Source: an uncultured Peptococcaceae bacterium
GTDB taxonomy: Bacteria; Bacillota; Dehalobacteriia; UBA4068
Direction: 5' to 3'
Length of the DNA: 54,227 nucleotides
Assembly: GCA_964372025.1 (NCBI GenBank)
Contig: CAYJPF010000004.1
Location: 1-54,227, forward strand
Shown: positions 1 through 9,282 of the stretch, piece by piece
Layout of the letters: each line of letters starts with the position of its first letter
How positions within the stretch are numbered: position 1 is the stretch's first letter
Program-made: the position numbers and the translations under genes
The notes under the pieces: model-generated
Seen by the model: only the letters and a program-made list of their open reading frames with translations
Database searches by the model: none
What the model was told of the DNA's origin: nothing

Positions 1-72
1 CCCCCAATAGATCCTGAATCTATCGTGTATGCCAATTTCACCACAGCCGCTTATTTTCTTACCGCTGTATAG
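1..72 (+). CDS. possible C-terminal fragment of an upstream gene cut by the window edge
   Basis: Frame 1 is open from nt 1 to TAG at 70-72 (PPIDPESIVYANFTTAAYFLTAV*). Only 23 codons, so the product is not identifiable. Confidence 0.2.
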   Translation, partial: PPIDPESIVYANFTTAAYFLTAV

Positions 73-266
73 TATATCACAATCAATGCTAAATTGCAAG
101 AGTAAAATCTTCAATATTTACATATTTGCAAATTGCAATATTACATATCACAAAAATTTCTGATGTTATATCTTCAATTTTATAATCAATCATCAATCAA
201 TATAGTTTATAATAAATTTCTGAAAAAACCTCTTTTGCCTTGGTCGGATTTATGATATAATAATCA

Positions 267-335
267 CAAGGTGATTATTATATACTCTATTTAATCGCCG
301 GAAATTCTCGGCCAAAGAACGGCCAAGAATTTTTT
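267..335 (+). ncRNA. candidate ~70-nt small RNA, copy 1 (promoter + intrinsic-terminator module inside repeat unit 1)
   Basis: Extended -10 TGaTATAAT at 253-261. Inverted repeat ATAATCAC-aag-GTGATTAT at 260-278. A 13-bp stem hairpin at 301-333 (one C.A mismatch) runs into a T-run ending at 335. No expression or conservation data. Confidence 0.3.
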
Positions 336-414
336 ATGGCAAGATTATATCATAAATATGTAGCAGGGTTAGCTTAATTATTAAGTTATTGACATATTTT
401 TGATATAATAATCA

Positions 415-483
415 CAAGGTGATTATTATATACTCTATTTAATCGCCGGAAATTCTCGGCCAAAGAACGGCCAAGAATTTTTT
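415..483 (+). ncRNA. candidate ~70-nt small RNA, copy 2 (identical to copy 1)
   Basis: Same module shifted by 148 nt: TGaTATAAT 401-409, inverted repeat 408-426, hairpin 449-481, T-run to 483. Confidence 0.3.
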
Positions 484-609
484 ATGGCAAGATTATATCC
501 TAAATATGCAGCAAGGCTAGCTTAATTATTAAGTTATTGACATATTTATAATATAATATTAAGATGATTACCGCTACACCGATTAGCAGGCTTAGTTAGG
601 GGAGGATTT

Positions 610-3600
610 ATGTATTTAAAAAGTATTGAAATGATGGGCTTTAAATCATTTCCTACTAAAACTAAAGCCGTTTTTGAAGATGGGGTTTCTTGCATTGTAG
701 GGCCCAATGGTAGCGGCAAATCTAATATATCCGATGCTTTACGCTGGGTTTTAGGGGAGCAAAACGCCCGTAATTTGCGTGGTGGTAAGCAAGAGGATGT
801 TATCTTTAGTGGCTCTAAAAAACGTAAGGCTCTCGGCATGGCCGAGGTTACTCTTTTATTAGATAATAGCGATGGCAGCATCACTTTGCCCTTTAGCGAA
901 ATTGCCGTAACCCGCCGTACTTTTAGAGGCGGCGGCAGCGAATACCTGCTAAATGGTAGCGCTTGCCGACTTAAAGATATCATCGACCTGTTTGCCGATA
1001 CCGGTATCGGGGCTGATAGCTTGTCTTTGATTAGTCAGGGGCAGGTAAATGAGCTGATTTCGGCCAAACCGGATGAAAGGCGTAGCTTTGTTGAGGAAAC
1101 AGCAGGCATCGTTAAGTTTCGTAATCGTAAAAAAGAGGCTGCTCGTAAACTTAATGAAACCGAGCATAATTTGCAAAGAGTTGCCGATATTATCTATGAG
1201 CTTAATAATCGCTTGCCGGCCTTAAAAGAGCAGGCACATAAGGCGCAAACTTTTAAAGAATTGCAGTCCGAGGCCGATAATACCGCTATTACCCTGGCGG
1301 TTAGGGTTTTAAGCGAATTTGAAGATAAATTAAAAAAACAGTTGCAAGCTATGGCCGAATTAGAAGATTTATTTATTGCCGAAGATACCCAAAGGCTAAA
1401 TATAGCCGCTCAAAGAACTGAGTGGAAAAATAATGTTAGCCAATTGGATCAGCAAGTTGCCGCTTTGGCCGCCAAATTTTATGATTTGCAAGGCCAAAAA
1501 GAGAAAATTAGTGCCGAAAAAACGGTTTTGGATGGCCAAATTGCCAATCATAATCAAAATCAACAGCGCTTAAATGCCGATTTGGCTAATTTTAGCCAAA
1601 CTAAATCCGAAAAAGAAGATATAGCCCAAGCCCTGGCTGCCCATGTGCAGGCCACCGCGGCCGAGTTGGAAACCTTAAAGCAGGAAATTTTAGCCGGCGA
1701 AGGCGATAGTGAGGAGTTTAAGCAAGCAGTAATAAATTTGCAAAATCAATTGCAAAATATTAAGGAGCAGGCTTTTGATTTTGCTAATCAATTGGCCAAT
1801 CATAGGAATAAGTTGGCTTTTCAGCAGCAATTATGGGAAAAAAATCAACAGGCTTTACAGCGTCTTAAGCAACAAAGGGAAGAAATTAATCAAACATTAA
1901 ACAGCGCTGCTGAGCAAATAGCCGAATTTAGGGTCAATAAAGAAAGTATTAAAAAAGAAGCCGAGCTTGCTCAAAATAAAATGCAAGCCCAGCAACAATA
2001 TATCAAGGATCAAAACCAAAAGTTGGCCGAATTGGCCGCTAAGGAAACGGAAACTCGTTATCGTGCCCACTCTTTAAATGTCCGCATAAATATGCTTTTA
2101 GATATGCAAAAAAATTATGAGGGCTTTTTTCCGGGAGTAAAGGCACTTTTGACGGCCAAAGCCAAAGATGCTGCTCTTTTGCCCGATATTTGTGATGCTG
2201 TAGCTAATTTATTCGAAGTTCCGGCTAAATATCAAAGCGCAATAGAACAGTATTTAGGCGCTTCTTTGCAAAATATTATCGCTGTAACCGAAAAAGAGGC
2301 TCGTCAGGCAATTAGCTACCTTAAAAAGCATGATTTGGGTCGTGCTACCTTTTTGCCGCTGGATACAATTAGGCCACGACGTAAAGGCGAAATTAAGGCT
2401 GTTGCCGGCATACCAGGTGTTTTTGGCCTGGCCTCGGAACTTATTAGCTGCCCGCCAAATATGCAGCCAGCCAATGACTTTTTGCTTAATCAAGTGCTTT
2501 TGGTAGAGGATATGGATACCGCTGCTAAGGCGGCCAAAATTTTGGATTATCGCCTGCATATCGTTACTTTAGATGGCGATATGATTAATCCCGGGGGGAG
2601 CTTGGCCGGCGGCTCTAAGGCTAAAAAAAATAATGATATTCTTGGTAAAAAGTTACAGCTAAAAAAGGCGCAGGCCGAATATGATTTGCTGCATCAGCAA
2701 TTAGATCAAGAGCTGGCCGACCTAAATAATCTGCGTCAAGATGTGCAAGAACAAAATATTATAATAGAAGAAATAGAAAAAGAAATTAGACATTTTAGCC
2801 ATCAACAGCTGGAAATTGATAATGAAATTAAAACTATCGAACAACAGATTGCGGCCTTAAAACGCCAGGATAATAGCTGGCTGCAGGATATGAATTCCTT
2901 AGAAGATGAATTGATTTTGATTGAAGAAGAACAAAATGATATTAAAAACTTAATGCTCGGCGCCGAAGATAAAGAGGCCGAATTTACCGCTAATGCTGCG
3001 GATATCACCGAAAAATTAAATGCCAGCCAGGCCAAATTAGAGCAGGATAGGGAAGGGGCAACCAGTCAAAGGGTTAAAATGGCGGCTCAAGAACAAAAAT
3101 TAATCGGTCAGCAAAAATCTTTGGCCTTAATTGAGCAGGAAATAGAAGATATCCGCTGGGAACAGGAAAATAAGGATGCCGATTTAAAATTAACCGAGCA
3201 AAAACTTGCTGTTCAAACTAAACTTTTTGCCGAAAAGGAAGCATCTTTAATTGCAATTACCGAGCAAATTATCCATCTGGAAGCAGATTTAAACACAAAA
3301 CGTCATGGTTTGGCCGCCGAAACTGCCAATTTGGCTGATTTGGAGAAAAAAGAGCAAGAACTTACATCATCTTGCCGGGCAAAACAGGAAAAATTGCATC
3401 AGATGGAATTGTATAAAACCAGAATGGAAGCCGATTGCGATAATGAGCGTCAAAAATTAGCCGAGCAATTTGCTTTAAGCCTGGAAGATGCCTTGCAAAC
3501 CACCTTGCTCGAAGGCTCTCGCTCGGCTTTGCAAACTCGCTTAAGCCAGCTTAAACGGCAAATTACCGGCTTGGGTAATATTAATTTGGATGCAATAGAG

Positions 3601-4176
3601 GAATTTGCCGAAGTTAATGAGCGCCATCAGTTTTTGAATGAGCAAAGGGAAGATTTGCTTAAGGCACGTAAACAATTGGATCAGGTAATTGCCGAAATGG
3701 ATGGCATAATGTGTAGCCGCTTTAGCAGCACTTTTGCCGAACTTAGCCGGGCTTTTGATTTGGCATTTAATCGCCTATTCGGTGGCGGTCAGGCCGCTTT
3801 GGTGATGACCGAGCCCGAAAACCTGCTAACTACCGGGGTTGATTTGGCGATTAGCCTGCCCGGTAAAAAAATCAGCAATTATAATTTGCTTTCCGGCGGC
3901 GAAAAAGCCTTAATCGGCATGGCCTTGATGTTTGCGGCCTTAACCGTTAAACCATCACCTTTTTGTGTTATGGACGAGGTTGATGCCGCCCTGGACGAGG
4001 CTAATATTGATCGTTTTACCCTCTATTTAAGGGAATTGGCTGCTAAAAGCCAGTTTGTGATGATATCGCATCGTCAAGGCACTATGGAAGCCGCCGATAA
4101 TTTATGGGGGGTTACCATGGAAGAAGATGGGGTTTCTAAGCTTATTTCTGTGCGTTTACAGGGCAAAGTTAGCTAA
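610..4176 (+). CDS. smc: chromosome partition protein Smc
   Basis: 1188 aa. N-terminal Walker A GPNGSGKSN, long Q/E/K-rich coiled coils around a central hinge, C-terminal LSGGEKAL signature and DEVDAALD Walker B. SD GGGGAGG lies upstream. Confidence 0.95.
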   Translation: MYLKSIEMMGFKSFPTKTKAVFEDGVSCIVGPNGSGKSNISDALRWVLGEQNARNLRGGKQEDVIFSGSKKRKALGMAEVTLLLDNSDGSITLPFSEIAVTRRTFRGGGSEYLLNGSACRLKDIIDLFADTGIGADSLSLISQGQVNELISAKPDERRSFVEETAGIVKFRNRKKEAARKLNETEHNLQRVADIIYELNNRLPALKEQAHKAQTFKELQSEADNTAITLAVRVLSEFEDKLKKQLQAMAELEDLFIAEDTQRLNIAAQRTEWKNNVSQLDQQVAALAAKFYDLQGQKEKISAEKTVLDGQIANHNQNQQRLNADLANFSQTKSEKEDIAQALAAHVQATAAELETLKQEILAGEGDSEEFKQAVINLQNQLQNIKEQAFDFANQLANHRNKLAFQQQLWEKNQQALQRLKQQREEINQTLNSAAEQIAEFRVNKESIKKEAELAQNKMQAQQQYIKDQNQKLAELAAKETETRYRAHSLNVRINMLLDMQKNYEGFFPGVKALLTAKAKDAALLPDICDAVANLFEVPAKYQSAIEQYLGASLQNIIAVTEKEARQAISYLKKHDLGRATFLPLDTIRPRRKGEIKAVAGIPGVFGLASELISCPPNMQPANDFLLNQVLLVEDMDTAAKAAKILDYRLHIVTLDGDMINPGGSLAGGSKAKKNNDILGKKLQLKKAQAEYDLLHQQLDQELADLNNLRQDVQEQNIIIEEIEKEIRHFSHQQLEIDNEIKTIEQQIAALKRQDNSWLQDMNSLEDELILIEEEQNDIKNLMLGAEDKEAEFTANAADITEKLNASQAKLEQDREGATSQRVKMAAQEQKLIGQQKSLALIEQEIEDIRWEQENKDADLKLTEQKLAVQTKLFAEKEASLIAITEQIIHLEADLNTKRHGLAAETANLADLEKKEQELTSSCRAKQEKLHQMELYKTRMEADCDNERQKLAEQFALSLEDALQTTLLEGSRSALQTRLSQLKRQITGLGNINLDAIEEFAEVNERHQFLNEQREDLLKARKQLDQVIAEMDGIMCSRFSSTFAELSRAFDLAFNRLFGGGQAALVMTEPENLLTTGVDLAISLPGKKISNYNLLSGGEKALIGMALMFAALTVKPSPFCVMDEVDAALDEANIDRFTLYLRELAAKSQFVMISHRQGTMEAADNLWGVTMEEDGVSKLISVRLQGKVS

Positions 4177-4211
4177 TATTTTAAATTTATCATAAATAAA
4201 GGAGCAAAAAA

Positions 4212-5138
4212 ATGGGTTTATTTTCCAGATTAAAAGAAGGTTTGCAAAAAACCAGAGATAATTTTTTAGGATCGATCGGCGGCATTTTTAAAGGCCGTGT
4301 AGATGAAGAATTTTATGAAGAATTAGAAGAAGCTTTAATTATGGCCGATATTGGCGTGCAAACCGCCTGCGAGCTGGCCGAAAGATTACGCAAAGTAGCC
4401 AAGGAAGAAAAAATTAAAGAGCGCCAAGATTTATGGCAAGTTATGCAAAGAGAAATGACTGATATGCTTTTAGGCGCAGGTAGCGGCGTTATCGAGCTGG
4501 CCGATGATCGTCTAAATATCATTATTTTAACTGGGGTTAATGGCGCCGGTAAAACCACCACCATCGGTAAGCTAAGCTCGCTTTATAGCAGGCAGGGCAA
4601 AAAAGTTCTGTTGGCAGCTGCCGATACTTTTAGAGCCGCCGCGGCCGATCAGCTGGCAATTTGGGCAGAGCGTTCGCAAGTTGGGCTAATTCGTCAAGGC
4701 GAGGGCGCCGACCCTGCTGCCGTTGTATTTGATGCTATAGCTGCGGCTAAGTCTAGGCAGGCCGATATATTAATTATCGATACCGCCGGACGTTTGCAAA
4801 ATAAAAAGAATTTGATGGAAGAATTGGCCAAAATAGGTCGCATTATCAATAAAGAGGCCGAAAATGCCCAGGTACAAAGCTTTTTAGTTTTGGATGCCGG
4901 TACCGGCCAAAATGCTATTTCCCAGGCTCAGCTTTTTGGCGAGGCAGTTCATCTGGATGGCTTAATCCTAACCAAATTGGATGGCACAGCCAAAGGTGGT
5001 GTGGTAGTGGGCATTAGCTATGAAAGTAATTTGCCTTTAAAGATGATTGGGGTAGGGGAAGGCATTGAGGATTTAAGGCCTTTTGATGCTGCCGATTTTG
5101 TAAAAGCCCTATTTAATACAGGGGAGGATGCCGAATGA
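4212..5138 (+). CDS. ftsY: signal recognition particle receptor FtsY
   Basis: SRP GTPase motifs GVNGAGKTTT, DTAGR and TKLDG. Follows smc as in Bacillus. SD AAAGGAG. Confidence 0.95.
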   Translation: MGLFSRLKEGLQKTRDNFLGSIGGIFKGRVDEEFYEELEEALIMADIGVQTACELAERLRKVAKEEKIKERQDLWQVMQREMTDMLLGAGSGVIELADDRLNIIILTGVNGAGKTTTIGKLSSLYSRQGKKVLLAAADTFRAAAADQLAIWAERSQVGLIRQGEGADPAAVVFDAIAAAKSRQADILIIDTAGRLQNKKNLMEELAKIGRIINKEAENAQVQSFLVLDAGTGQNAISQAQLFGEAVHLDGLILTKLDGTAKGGVVVGISYESNLPLKMIGVGEGIEDLRPFDAADFVKALFNTGEDAE

Positions 5139-5920
5139 AACCTTTAGCAATAATTTGCGGAACCGGCTTGGAGGATTTTCCTTTATTAACACAGGCCTTG
5201 GAGCAGGTGATTAGCACTCCTTATGGTGATGCCAGCGTTTATACAACCGAATATAATGGGCGACCTTTGATTTTTTTGCCACGTCATCAAAAAGGGCATA
5301 GTTTGCCGCCGCATTTAATTAATTATCAAGCAAATATTTATGCTTTGGCTAAGCTAAAGGCGCAAGAAGTTTTATCTTTTTGTTGTGTTGGCAGCCTGCG
5401 CGAGGATTGGCCACCCGGTAGCTTGGCCTTATGCGATCAATTCATTGATTTTACCTGGGGGCGTGCCGGTACATTTTGTGCCGAAGGCCTGGTAGACCAT
5501 GTTGATATGACTAATCCCTACTGCCTAAGCTTACAAGCAAAACTTAAGCAGGCAGCACAAAATACCGGCTTAAAGTTGCATGAAAAAGCTACATATATAT
5601 GTACACAAGGCCCACGTTTAGAAACGGCTGCCGAGATTAAAGCGTTTAGAATTTTGGGGGCTGATATTGTGGGCATGACGGCTGTGCCGGAGGCATCGCT
5701 TGCTATCGAAGCAGGCCTTTGTTATAATTCGGTAGCAATGATTGTAAATTTGGCAGCCGGCATGGCGGCCGAGGTTTCGATGGATGAAATTTATCGTTTA
5801 CTTAAATTGCAGCAAAATGATATGCAAAAACTATTAAGTTCTTTTATCGATTTGGCCGATTATCAACAAAACTGTACTTGCGCTGCCCATAAATTAAAGG
5901 GTTTAGTTATCGAAACGTAA
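5135..5920 (+). CDS. mtnP: S-methyl-5'-thioadenosine (or methylthioinosine) phosphorylase, PNP family 2
   Basis: MTAP-family blocks LPRHQKGHSLPPHLINYQANIYAL, CVGSL, CTQGPRLETAAE and GADIVGMTAVPE. Its ATG overlaps the ftsY stop (ATGA). Confidence 0.8.
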   Translation: MKPLAIICGTGLEDFPLLTQALEQVISTPYGDASVYTTEYNGRPLIFLPRHQKGHSLPPHLINYQANIYALAKLKAQEVLSFCCVGSLREDWPPGSLALCDQFIDFTWGRAGTFCAEGLVDHVDMTNPYCLSLQAKLKQAAQNTGLKLHEKATYICTQGPRLETAAEIKAFRILGADIVGMTAVPEASLAIEAGLCYNSVAMIVNLAAGMAAEVSMDEIYRLLKLQQNDMQKLLSSFIDLADYQQNCTCAAHKLKGLVIET

Positions 5921-5936
5921 AATATAAGGGGTAAAA

Positions 5937-7253
5937 ATGAATATTTTAATAGAAAATACATCTATAATTACCATGAATAGTGCTGATCAAACAGTTATCA
6001 CAGGCGATATTTTGATTAATGATGGCCAAATAGCTGCCATTGGCAAGCAGCTTAAAGCGCAGCCGCAATACCAAAATTTGGCTTTTGATAGGATAATTGA
6101 TGGCAGCAATAAAGCGGCGCTGCCCGGTTTAATCAATAGTCATACCCATGCGGCGATGAACTTGTTTAGGGGTTTTGGCGATGATATGCCCTTAATGGAT
6201 TGGCTATTTAAGCGAATTTTTCCGGTTGAGGATAAGCTGCAAGCTGCTGATGTTTTAGCCGGCAGCCGCTTGGCAATTTTGGAAATGCTTAAAAGCGGCA
6301 CTACTTGCTTTGCTGATATGTACTTTTTTTGCGAACAATTGGCACAAGCCGTTGAGGAAAGCGGCATTAGGGCAGTGATTAGCCGCGGCATTAATTCCTT
6401 TGCCGATGATGGCGGTAAGCAAAAATTAGCCGAGGCTTTGGCCTTTGCTCAAAATTATCAAAATGCAGCTAATGGCCTGATAACTACCATGATTGGCCCT
6501 CATGCGCCCTATACCTGCAGCAAGGAATATTTAGCCGAGGTGGCTGCTTGTGCGCGTAAATATCAAATACCGCTGCATATTCATTTAGCCGAAACCGAGG
6601 ACGAAAACAGGCAGATTTTGGAACGGGATAATTGCCGCCCCACCGCCCTTTTGCAGGCGGCTGACTTTTTTAAAGATAATCATGTTTTGGCGGCTCATTG
6701 CGTGTACTTAAATGATGAGGAAATGGCCGAGCTTAAAAACTATAATTTTCATATTGTGCATAATCCAATTAGTAATATGAAGTTAGCCAGCGGCCTTGCT
6801 CCAATCAATCAGGCTTTTAAGCAGGGGATTAATATTGCATTAGGCACTGATAGTGCTTGCAGTAATAATAATTTAGATATGTTTGAGGAAATTAAGCTGG
6901 CTGCCATTATGGCCAAAGTGCGCGAAAAAGAGGCTACTGTTTTGCCGGCTTATCAGGCTTTGCAAATGGCTACAATTAATGGTGCTAAGGCTTTGGGCTT
7001 AAATAAATGTGGGCATTTGGCTACAGGTATGGCGGCCGATCTTATTTTAATCGATTTGGATAAGCCGCATTTTTATCCGCGTCATGATATAATACCTCAT
7101 TTGGTTTATGCAGCTAGCGGCCATGATGTTGCTACAGTAATTATTAATGGTCAAATTATTATGGAAAATAGGCAAATGCTTGCTTTAGATGAAGAAAAGA
7201 TTTGCTATGAAGCCGAAAAAGCAGCTCAAGATTTATGCTATCACAGAAATTAA
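5937..7253 (+). CDS. mtaD: 5-methylthioadenosine/S-adenosylhomocysteine deaminase (amidohydrolase superfamily)
   Basis: 438 aa. Metal-binding INSHTHAAM, then FRGFGDDMPLMDWL, HIHLAET and GTDS blocks typical of MtaD/TRZ-ATZ deaminases. Confidence 0.8.
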   Translation: MNILIENTSIITMNSADQTVITGDILINDGQIAAIGKQLKAQPQYQNLAFDRIIDGSNKAALPGLINSHTHAAMNLFRGFGDDMPLMDWLFKRIFPVEDKLQAADVLAGSRLAILEMLKSGTTCFADMYFFCEQLAQAVEESGIRAVISRGINSFADDGGKQKLAEALAFAQNYQNAANGLITTMIGPHAPYTCSKEYLAEVAACARKYQIPLHIHLAETEDENRQILERDNCRPTALLQAADFFKDNHVLAAHCVYLNDEEMAELKNYNFHIVHNPISNMKLASGLAPINQAFKQGINIALGTDSACSNNNLDMFEEIKLAAIMAKVREKEATVLPAYQALQMATINGAKALGLNKCGHLATGMAADLILIDLDKPHFYPRHDIIPHLVYAASGHDVATVIINGQIIMENRQMLALDEEKICYEAEKAAQDLCYHRN

Positions 7254-7263
7254 GGAGAACTTT

Positions 7264-8232
7264 ATGCGCATTGCAATCGACATTATGGGCGGCGATAATG
7301 CTCCGTCTGAGATTATCGACGGAGCATTGAATATTGCCCGAAAATATCCCGATTATCAGTTGATTTTGGTTGGCAAGAAGGAGGCGTTGCCTGCTGATTT
7401 GCCTCAAAATTGCCTTTTTCATGAAGCAACCGAAGTTATGGCCATGGACGAAAGCGTGGAGAATTTGCGTCATAAGCCAAATTGCTCGATTTGGCAAGCC
7501 ACCTTATTAGTTAAGGAGGATAAGGCCGATGCAATTATTTCGGCCGGCTCCACTGCGGCTCAAATGGCGGCTGCCATCTTATTATTAGGCCGCATTAAGG
7601 GGATTAGCCGCCCGGCAATTTGTAGCGTAATCCCAGGTATCCATGCCGAACGTTTGGTTTTGGATATTGGCGCTAATGCCGATTGCACAGCCCAAATGCT
7701 TTATCAATTTGCGGCTATGGGGCATAGTTATGCTCAAATTATTTGGCAAAAAGAGCGGCCGCGAATTGCCCTTTTGGCCAATGGAACCGAAGATCATAAA
7801 GGCAATCAGTTGACTAAAGAGGCGCATCAATTATTAGCTGATTCCCAGTTTAATTTTATCGGCAATCAAGAGGGTAGGGATTTATTTAAGGGCGATTTTG
7901 ATGTTTTGGTGGCCGATGGCTTTTCTTGCAATATAGCGATTAAGGCTGCCGAAGGCGCGGTAGCAGCGATTATGCACTTTTTAAAAGAGGAGCTAACTTC
8001 TAGCTTTAGCCGCAAAATCGGGGCTGCTTTAATCAAGCCCGGTTTGCGTGTAATTAAAAATAAGCTAAATTATCAGCAAGTAGGCGGCGCACCGCTTTTG
8101 GGGGTAAATGGGCTAAGCATTGTTTGTCATGGCAGCTCTAAGGCCATGGCCATCGAAAATGCCTGCTTGGTTGCTATTCAATGTATTGAGCGGGATTTTG
8201 TTAAAAGTTTAGCTAAAAACTTTGCGGATTAG
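7264..8232 (+). CDS. plsX: phosphate acyltransferase PlsX
   Basis: Begins MRIAIDIMGGDNAP, the typical PlsX N-terminus. SD AAGGAG sits 7 nt upstream of the ATG at 7264. The track start at 7189 overlaps mtaD and lacks an SD. Confidence 0.9.
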   Translation: MRIAIDIMGGDNAPSEIIDGALNIARKYPDYQLILVGKKEALPADLPQNCLFHEATEVMAMDESVENLRHKPNCSIWQATLLVKEDKADAIISAGSTAAQMAAAILLLGRIKGISRPAICSVIPGIHAERLVLDIGANADCTAQMLYQFAAMGHSYAQIIWQKERPRIALLANGTEDHKGNQLTKEAHQLLADSQFNFIGNQEGRDLFKGDFDVLVADGFSCNIAIKAAEGAVAAIMHFLKEELTSSFSRKIGAALIKPGLRVIKNKLNYQQVGGAPLLGVNGLSIVCHGSSKAMAIENACLVAIQCIERDFVKSLAKNFAD

Positions 8233-8292
8233 CTATTTTTACTGCAAATTTGCATATATATTTAAAGCATAATCCACAATAAGGAGAGGTAT

Positions 8293-8529
8293 ATGATACA
8301 AGAAGAAGATCGAATACGCGAAATTTTGGCCGAAAAACTGGAGATTAAAGAAGAAGAGTTGGCCGAAGATATACATTTAGATAATTTATTTTTGGATTCT
8401 TTGGATATTTTGGAATTAGTGGTAGCAATTGAAAAAGAATTTGATATTCGCCTTGATGATGAGCGCTTTATGGCCTGCGAAACAGTGCATGAAGTTGCCG
8501 AATTAATTAATATTGCCTTAAAAGAGTGA
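8293..8529 (+). CDS. acpP: acyl carrier protein
   Basis: 78 aa and acidic, with the phosphopantetheine site LDSLDILELV. Position between plsX and rnc. SD AAGGAGAGG. Confidence 0.85.
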   Translation: MIQEEDRIREILAEKLEIKEEELAEDIHLDNLFLDSLDILELVVAIEKEFDIRLDDERFMACETVHEVAELINIALKE

Positions 8530-8542
8530 TAAGGAGATCATT

Positions 8543-9277
8543 GTGATTGTAATTAAACCCGAAATAGATCAAAAAATTGCTGATTTTGGCCAGAAAATTA
8601 ATTTTCCGCCGGATAAAGTTGATTTATTGATGCAAGCTTTTACCCATCCTACTTTTTTTGAAGGAAATAAGCCGACTATTCCTTTGGATAATCAGCGTTT
8701 GGAATTTTTAGGCGATGCCGTTTTGGATATGGTAGCCGGTGCATATTTATTCAATGCCTTTCCTGAATTGCGGGAGGGTGATTTAAGTAAAATGCGGGCA
8801 GCTGTTGTTTGCGAGCAATTTTTGGCTAAAGAAGCCGAAAAATTAAAAATCGGTTCTTTATTGCGTTTGGGCAAAGGGGCGGAAGTAAGTGGCGATCGTA
8901 GCCGCCCTTCGGTTTTAGCCGATGCTTTTGAAGCTTTGGTTGGTGCTATGTACCAGGCGGTTAGCTTTGAGTTTGCCCAGGATTTTATTATTGATTGTTT
9001 TGGCGAGCAAATGGCTAAATTAACTAAGGATGATTTTGAAGATAAAAAAAGTATGCTTCAAGAATTGGTGCAAAAAGAGTCCGGTTTTGGGGTTACTTAT
9101 CGCTTGCTTAAAACCTCCGGCTTAAGCCATGCATTATTATTCGAAAGTGCTGCATATTGTCGCTTTCAAATGCTGGGTAGGGGCGAAGGTAGTAGTAAAA
9201 AGGAAAGCGAGCAGGCCGCTGCTGCCGATGCTCTGCGTAATAAGGGGCTGTGGTTGGCTAAAATTATCAAGAAATAA
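8543..9277 (+). CDS. rnc: ribonuclease III
   Basis: RNase III signature QRLEFLGDAVLD plus a C-terminal dsRBD (KKESEQAAAADAL). GTG start after SD AAGGAG. Confidence 0.93.
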   Translation: MIVIKPEIDQKIADFGQKINFPPDKVDLLMQAFTHPTFFEGNKPTIPLDNQRLEFLGDAVLDMVAGAYLFNAFPELREGDLSKMRAAVVCEQFLAKEAEKLKIGSLLRLGKGAEVSGDRSRPSVLADAFEALVGAMYQAVSFEFAQDFIIDCFGEQMAKLTKDDFEDKKSMLQELVQKESGFGVTYRLLKTSGLSHALLFESAAYCRFQMLGRGEGSSKKESEQAAAADALRNKGLWLAKIIKK

Positions 9278-9282
9278 GATCT

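Larger units (their letters stand above)
253..548. repeat. tandem direct repeat, 2 x 148 bp (253-400 and 401-548)
   Basis: Read directly. 253-351 is identical to 401-499. Substitutions occur only at 352/500, 361/509, 366/514, 369/517 and 400/548. A degenerate partial third unit begins at 549. Confidence 0.95.

Noticed and set aside
336-377. 13-aa ORF MARLYHKYVAGLA in repeat unit 1 (MARLYPKYAARLA at 484-525 in unit 2)
   Set aside because: No SD precedes the ATG, which lies just after the terminator T-run. Three of the four inter-copy substitutions in it change the amino acid, so there is no sign of purifying selection on the peptide.
253-548. Tandem repeat considered as a CRISPR array
   Set aside because: There are only two units with a 148-bp period and no alternating unique spacers. 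The units are near-identical along their full length, and no cas genes are present.
1-609. parS / centromere-like site near smc
   Set aside because: No match to the TGTTNCACGTGAAACA-type consensus is present. The palindromes here (TTGCAA repeats at ~92-140, ATAATCAC/GTGATTAT) are unrelated in sequence.
546-983. 145-aa minus-strand ORF overlapping the smc start region
   Set aside because: It is antisense to the strongly supported smc N-terminus (Walker A region). It has no SD, and its composition is what the reverse frame of a real gene would give. The same reasoning applies to the other long antisense ORFs in the track (e.g. 50302-50733, 43082-43405, 46994-47314, 51364-51684).
7189-7263. N-terminal extensions in the ORF track (plsX 7189, lysS 22278, nspC 38908, def 40120, rpe 48224, ilvA 49613, pyrD 14715)
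   Set aside because: In each case a downstream start has a well-spaced SD and gives the canonical family N-terminus. The upstream start overlaps the preceding gene, the SD itself, or a terminator hairpin.
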